Shown: positions 62,273 through 64,000 of the stretch, piece by piece | Layout: each line of letters opens with the position of its first letter | Position numbering within the stretch: position 1 is the stretch's first letter | Assembly (NCBI GenBank): GCA_965205215.1 | Contig: OZ242041.1 | Span: forward strand, 1,216,001 to 1,280,000 | Direction: 5' to 3' | Length of the DNA stretch: 64,000 nt | Source of the DNA: Nitrosopumilus sp. | GTDB lineage: Archaea > Thermoproteota > Nitrososphaeria > Nitrososphaerales > Nitrosopumilaceae | Translations under genes and position numbers: made by a program | The notes under the pieces: generated by a model | Databases searched by the model: none | What the model was told of the DNA's origin: nothing | The model's input: the letters and a program-made list of their open reading frames with translations, nothing else

Positions 62273-63754
62273 TCAAGTCAGTACGACTCCTATGTCCATC
62301 AGATTTGTGTGCGTGGGTCCCGTCCTGATGAGCGACGGCGGCATGGCCCCGCCGCTCTCGCTTCTTTTGCGCCGACCAAAGAACCCCCCCGAGTCGCTGT
62401 TCCTTATCGCGTCGTTTATCAGTCCGATGTCTACGCTCTCGTTTTCTGCAATGGCCCCTGCGTTTATGGAGTTGCCGTCGATTCCGTCCGTGCCCGCCGA
62501 CGCGATTACCAGCCTTCTCCCCCTTCTCCTCTTCCTGTCCTGCCCCGCGGCGCCGCGCATCCTCTGGCTCTTTTTGAGGAGCCTGAGCACCATCTCCTGG
62601 TTCCTGCCGCCTATGCCGCGCCCGAGTACCTTGATCGTGGCCTCCCCCCCGAATATGACGCACCTGCGCCCGTCAGGCGGTATCTCGCCATAAACTGCGT
62701 CTGCGGCCTCTTTGATGTCGCCAAACACCTGGAGCGGTGTGGAATCAGACGGCCCGTACCCGAGCCTTTTGGCGGCCGCGACCATCGCCTCCAGGCAGTC
62801 CCTATTTCTTGCAATCACATAGTTTCCCATCATGCGGCCCGTGCCGGAACCGGCGGACTCTGCGGGGCCGTCACGTCGCTCCCGGGCCCCTTTGCAGAGG
62901 TGGTCGATGACTGCCTTGTCTGCCTTTTTTGACAGCCCGTACCTGGCAATCACTCCAAGCGCCGCCTCGTACCTGTCGTGCCGCCTGCCGTCCTCGCCGC
63001 CTGCGGCCTCTCCCAGGTACGTGGGGCCTGACGCTATGCTTGCAACGTCGTCGCCCTCGACGTCTGACATTATCAGGCTCACTGCGTCGCACCTGAGTTG
63101 CCCCGCCAGCCTCCCGCCCTTTACGCCGGAGAGGGCGCTTCTCACGGTGTTGATCTCGCGTATCGGCGCGCCGCACCTGAGCAGCAGGTTGGTCATGTGC
63201 ACCTTTTGGCCCAGCGTGATTCCGTCGGGAAGTGCAAGCAGTGACGATCCCCCGCCCGATATCAGGAATATCACGAGATCGCCGCGCCTCCTTGCGCGCA
63301 GAAACTTGATGGACTCCTTTGCGGCCCTGACGCTCGTCTTGTCCGGCACCGGGTGGCCCGCGTTGAATATCCGGAACTTTCTGCCCCTTATGGCGGACTT
63401 GGACCCCCTTGGAATCGTTATGACGCCGCCGGACAGCCTGTCCTGCAGTATGCCGTTTGCGGCCCTGGTCATAGAGTCCGCCGCCTTGCCAAACGCCACC
63501 GTGTATACGCCGCTATAGTCGTCTAGGCGCACGGTCGCGCCGGTGCCGGGCGTGCATATCCTGTCCTCCTTTACGTATCTTGGTATGAATATGGCCGGAT
63601 CCGCCGCGGCCAGCCCCGCCTCCAGAATGGAGATGCAGTCCCTCCGCCTGTCGCTTTCTGCGATTATCTCCTCCCTGCTCGATATGGATATGGTGGCGGT
63701 GGTGGTGTCACCGACGTTGCTGCTGCCATTGTGGTTGTCGCCCCCGGACTGCAA
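62273..63754 (-). CDS. Glycerate kinase type 2 (MOFRL); start uncertain
   Basis: AFGKAA, AGHPVP, ISGGGSSL, KGGRL, SDVEGD, GGRNQE, GTDGIDG, TNLMD. Confidence 0.9.
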   Translation of the reverse strand: MQSGGDNHNGSSNVGDTTTATISISSREEIIAESDRRRDCISILEAGLAAADPAIFIPRYVKEDRICTPGTGATVRLDDYSGVYTVAFGKAADSMTRAANGILQDRLSGGVITIPRGSKSAIRGRKFRIFNAGHPVPDKTSVRAAKESIKFLRARRRGDLVIFLISGGGSSLLALPDGITLGQKVHMTNLLLRCGAPIREINTVRSALSGVKGGRLAGQLRCDAVSLIMSDVEGDDVASIASGPTYLGEAAGGEDGRRHDRYEAALGVIARYGLSKKADKAVIDHLCKGARERRDGPAESAGSGTGRMMGNYVIARNRDCLEAMVAAAKRLGYGPSDSTPLQVFGDIKEAADAVYGEIPPDGRRCVIFGGEATIKVLGRGIGGRNQEMVLRLLKKSQRMRGAAGQDRKRRRGRRLVIASAGTDGIDGNSINAGAIAENESVDIGLINDAIRNSDSGGFFGRRKRSESGGAMPPSLIRTGPTHTNLMDIGVVLT

Positions 63755-63785
63755 GATATAATAATGAACCACATCTCGGCCATTT

Positions 63786-64000
63786 ATGCACACCGTGCGC
63801 ATCCCGAAGATCATCAACTTTGGCAAGGACGCCCTGTCTCAGACCGAGTATCCTAGAAACGCGCTCATAGTCACCACGGTCCCGCCGGAGCTGTCCGACA
63901 AGTGGACCTCCAAGATGGGAATAAAGGACTTTATGCTGTACGACAAGGTGACGCCGGAGCCGTCGATTGAGGACGTCAATGCCGTGATATCGCAGTTCAA
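63786..64000 (+). CDS. Iron-containing alcohol dehydrogenase, 3'-truncated; probably the malonic semialdehyde reductase of the 3HP/4HB cycle
   Basis: Hand-translated MHTVRIPKIINFGKDALSQTEYPRNALIVTTVPPELSDKW...VTPEPSIEDV; similarity to the Nitrosopumilus enzyme is recalled from memory. Confidence 0.8.
   Translation, partial: MHTVRIPKIINFGKDALSQTEYPRNALIVTTVPPELSDKWTSKMGIKDFMLYDKVTPEPSIEDVNAVISQF

Overview
This looks like a high-GC Nitrososphaerota (Thaumarchaeota) chromosome segment. Gene content and the giant DUF285/PKD/FN3 surface proteins suggest a Cenarchaeum-like host-associated lineage (inference). There are three parts. (1) 1-20 kb: two giant modular surface-protein genes flank two tandem paralogous tyrosine recombinases. 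Between the recombinases and the second surface gene lie two inverted dif/lox-like 28-bp sites with identical asymmetric spacers enclosing a 142-bp TATA-containing segment. This is the best candidate for a new system: a fim-switch-like invertible promoter in an archaeon. (2) about 20.5-43.8 kb: a lower-GC defence island integrated at an intron-containing tRNA-Val(CAC). It carries an integrase, degenerate att copies, a TIR protein, an Upf1-like helicase pair, an odd tRNA-like gene, a type III R-M system whose mod gene is frameshifted at G16, a RecD-like helicase-nuclease, and a type ISP R-M gene interrupted by (AG)20 with three possible reading states. (3) 44-64 kb: mostly core genes (ABC substrate-binding protein, rpl40e, sucCD, Dps-like, ileS, purD, 5-FTHF cyclo-ligase, folD, MBL nuclease, glycerate kinase, Fe-ADH) plus an AAA ATPase with a triplicated promoter and an LLM oxidoreductase. 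No CRISPR array or rRNA was seen. Family assignments come from motif recognition, not database searches.
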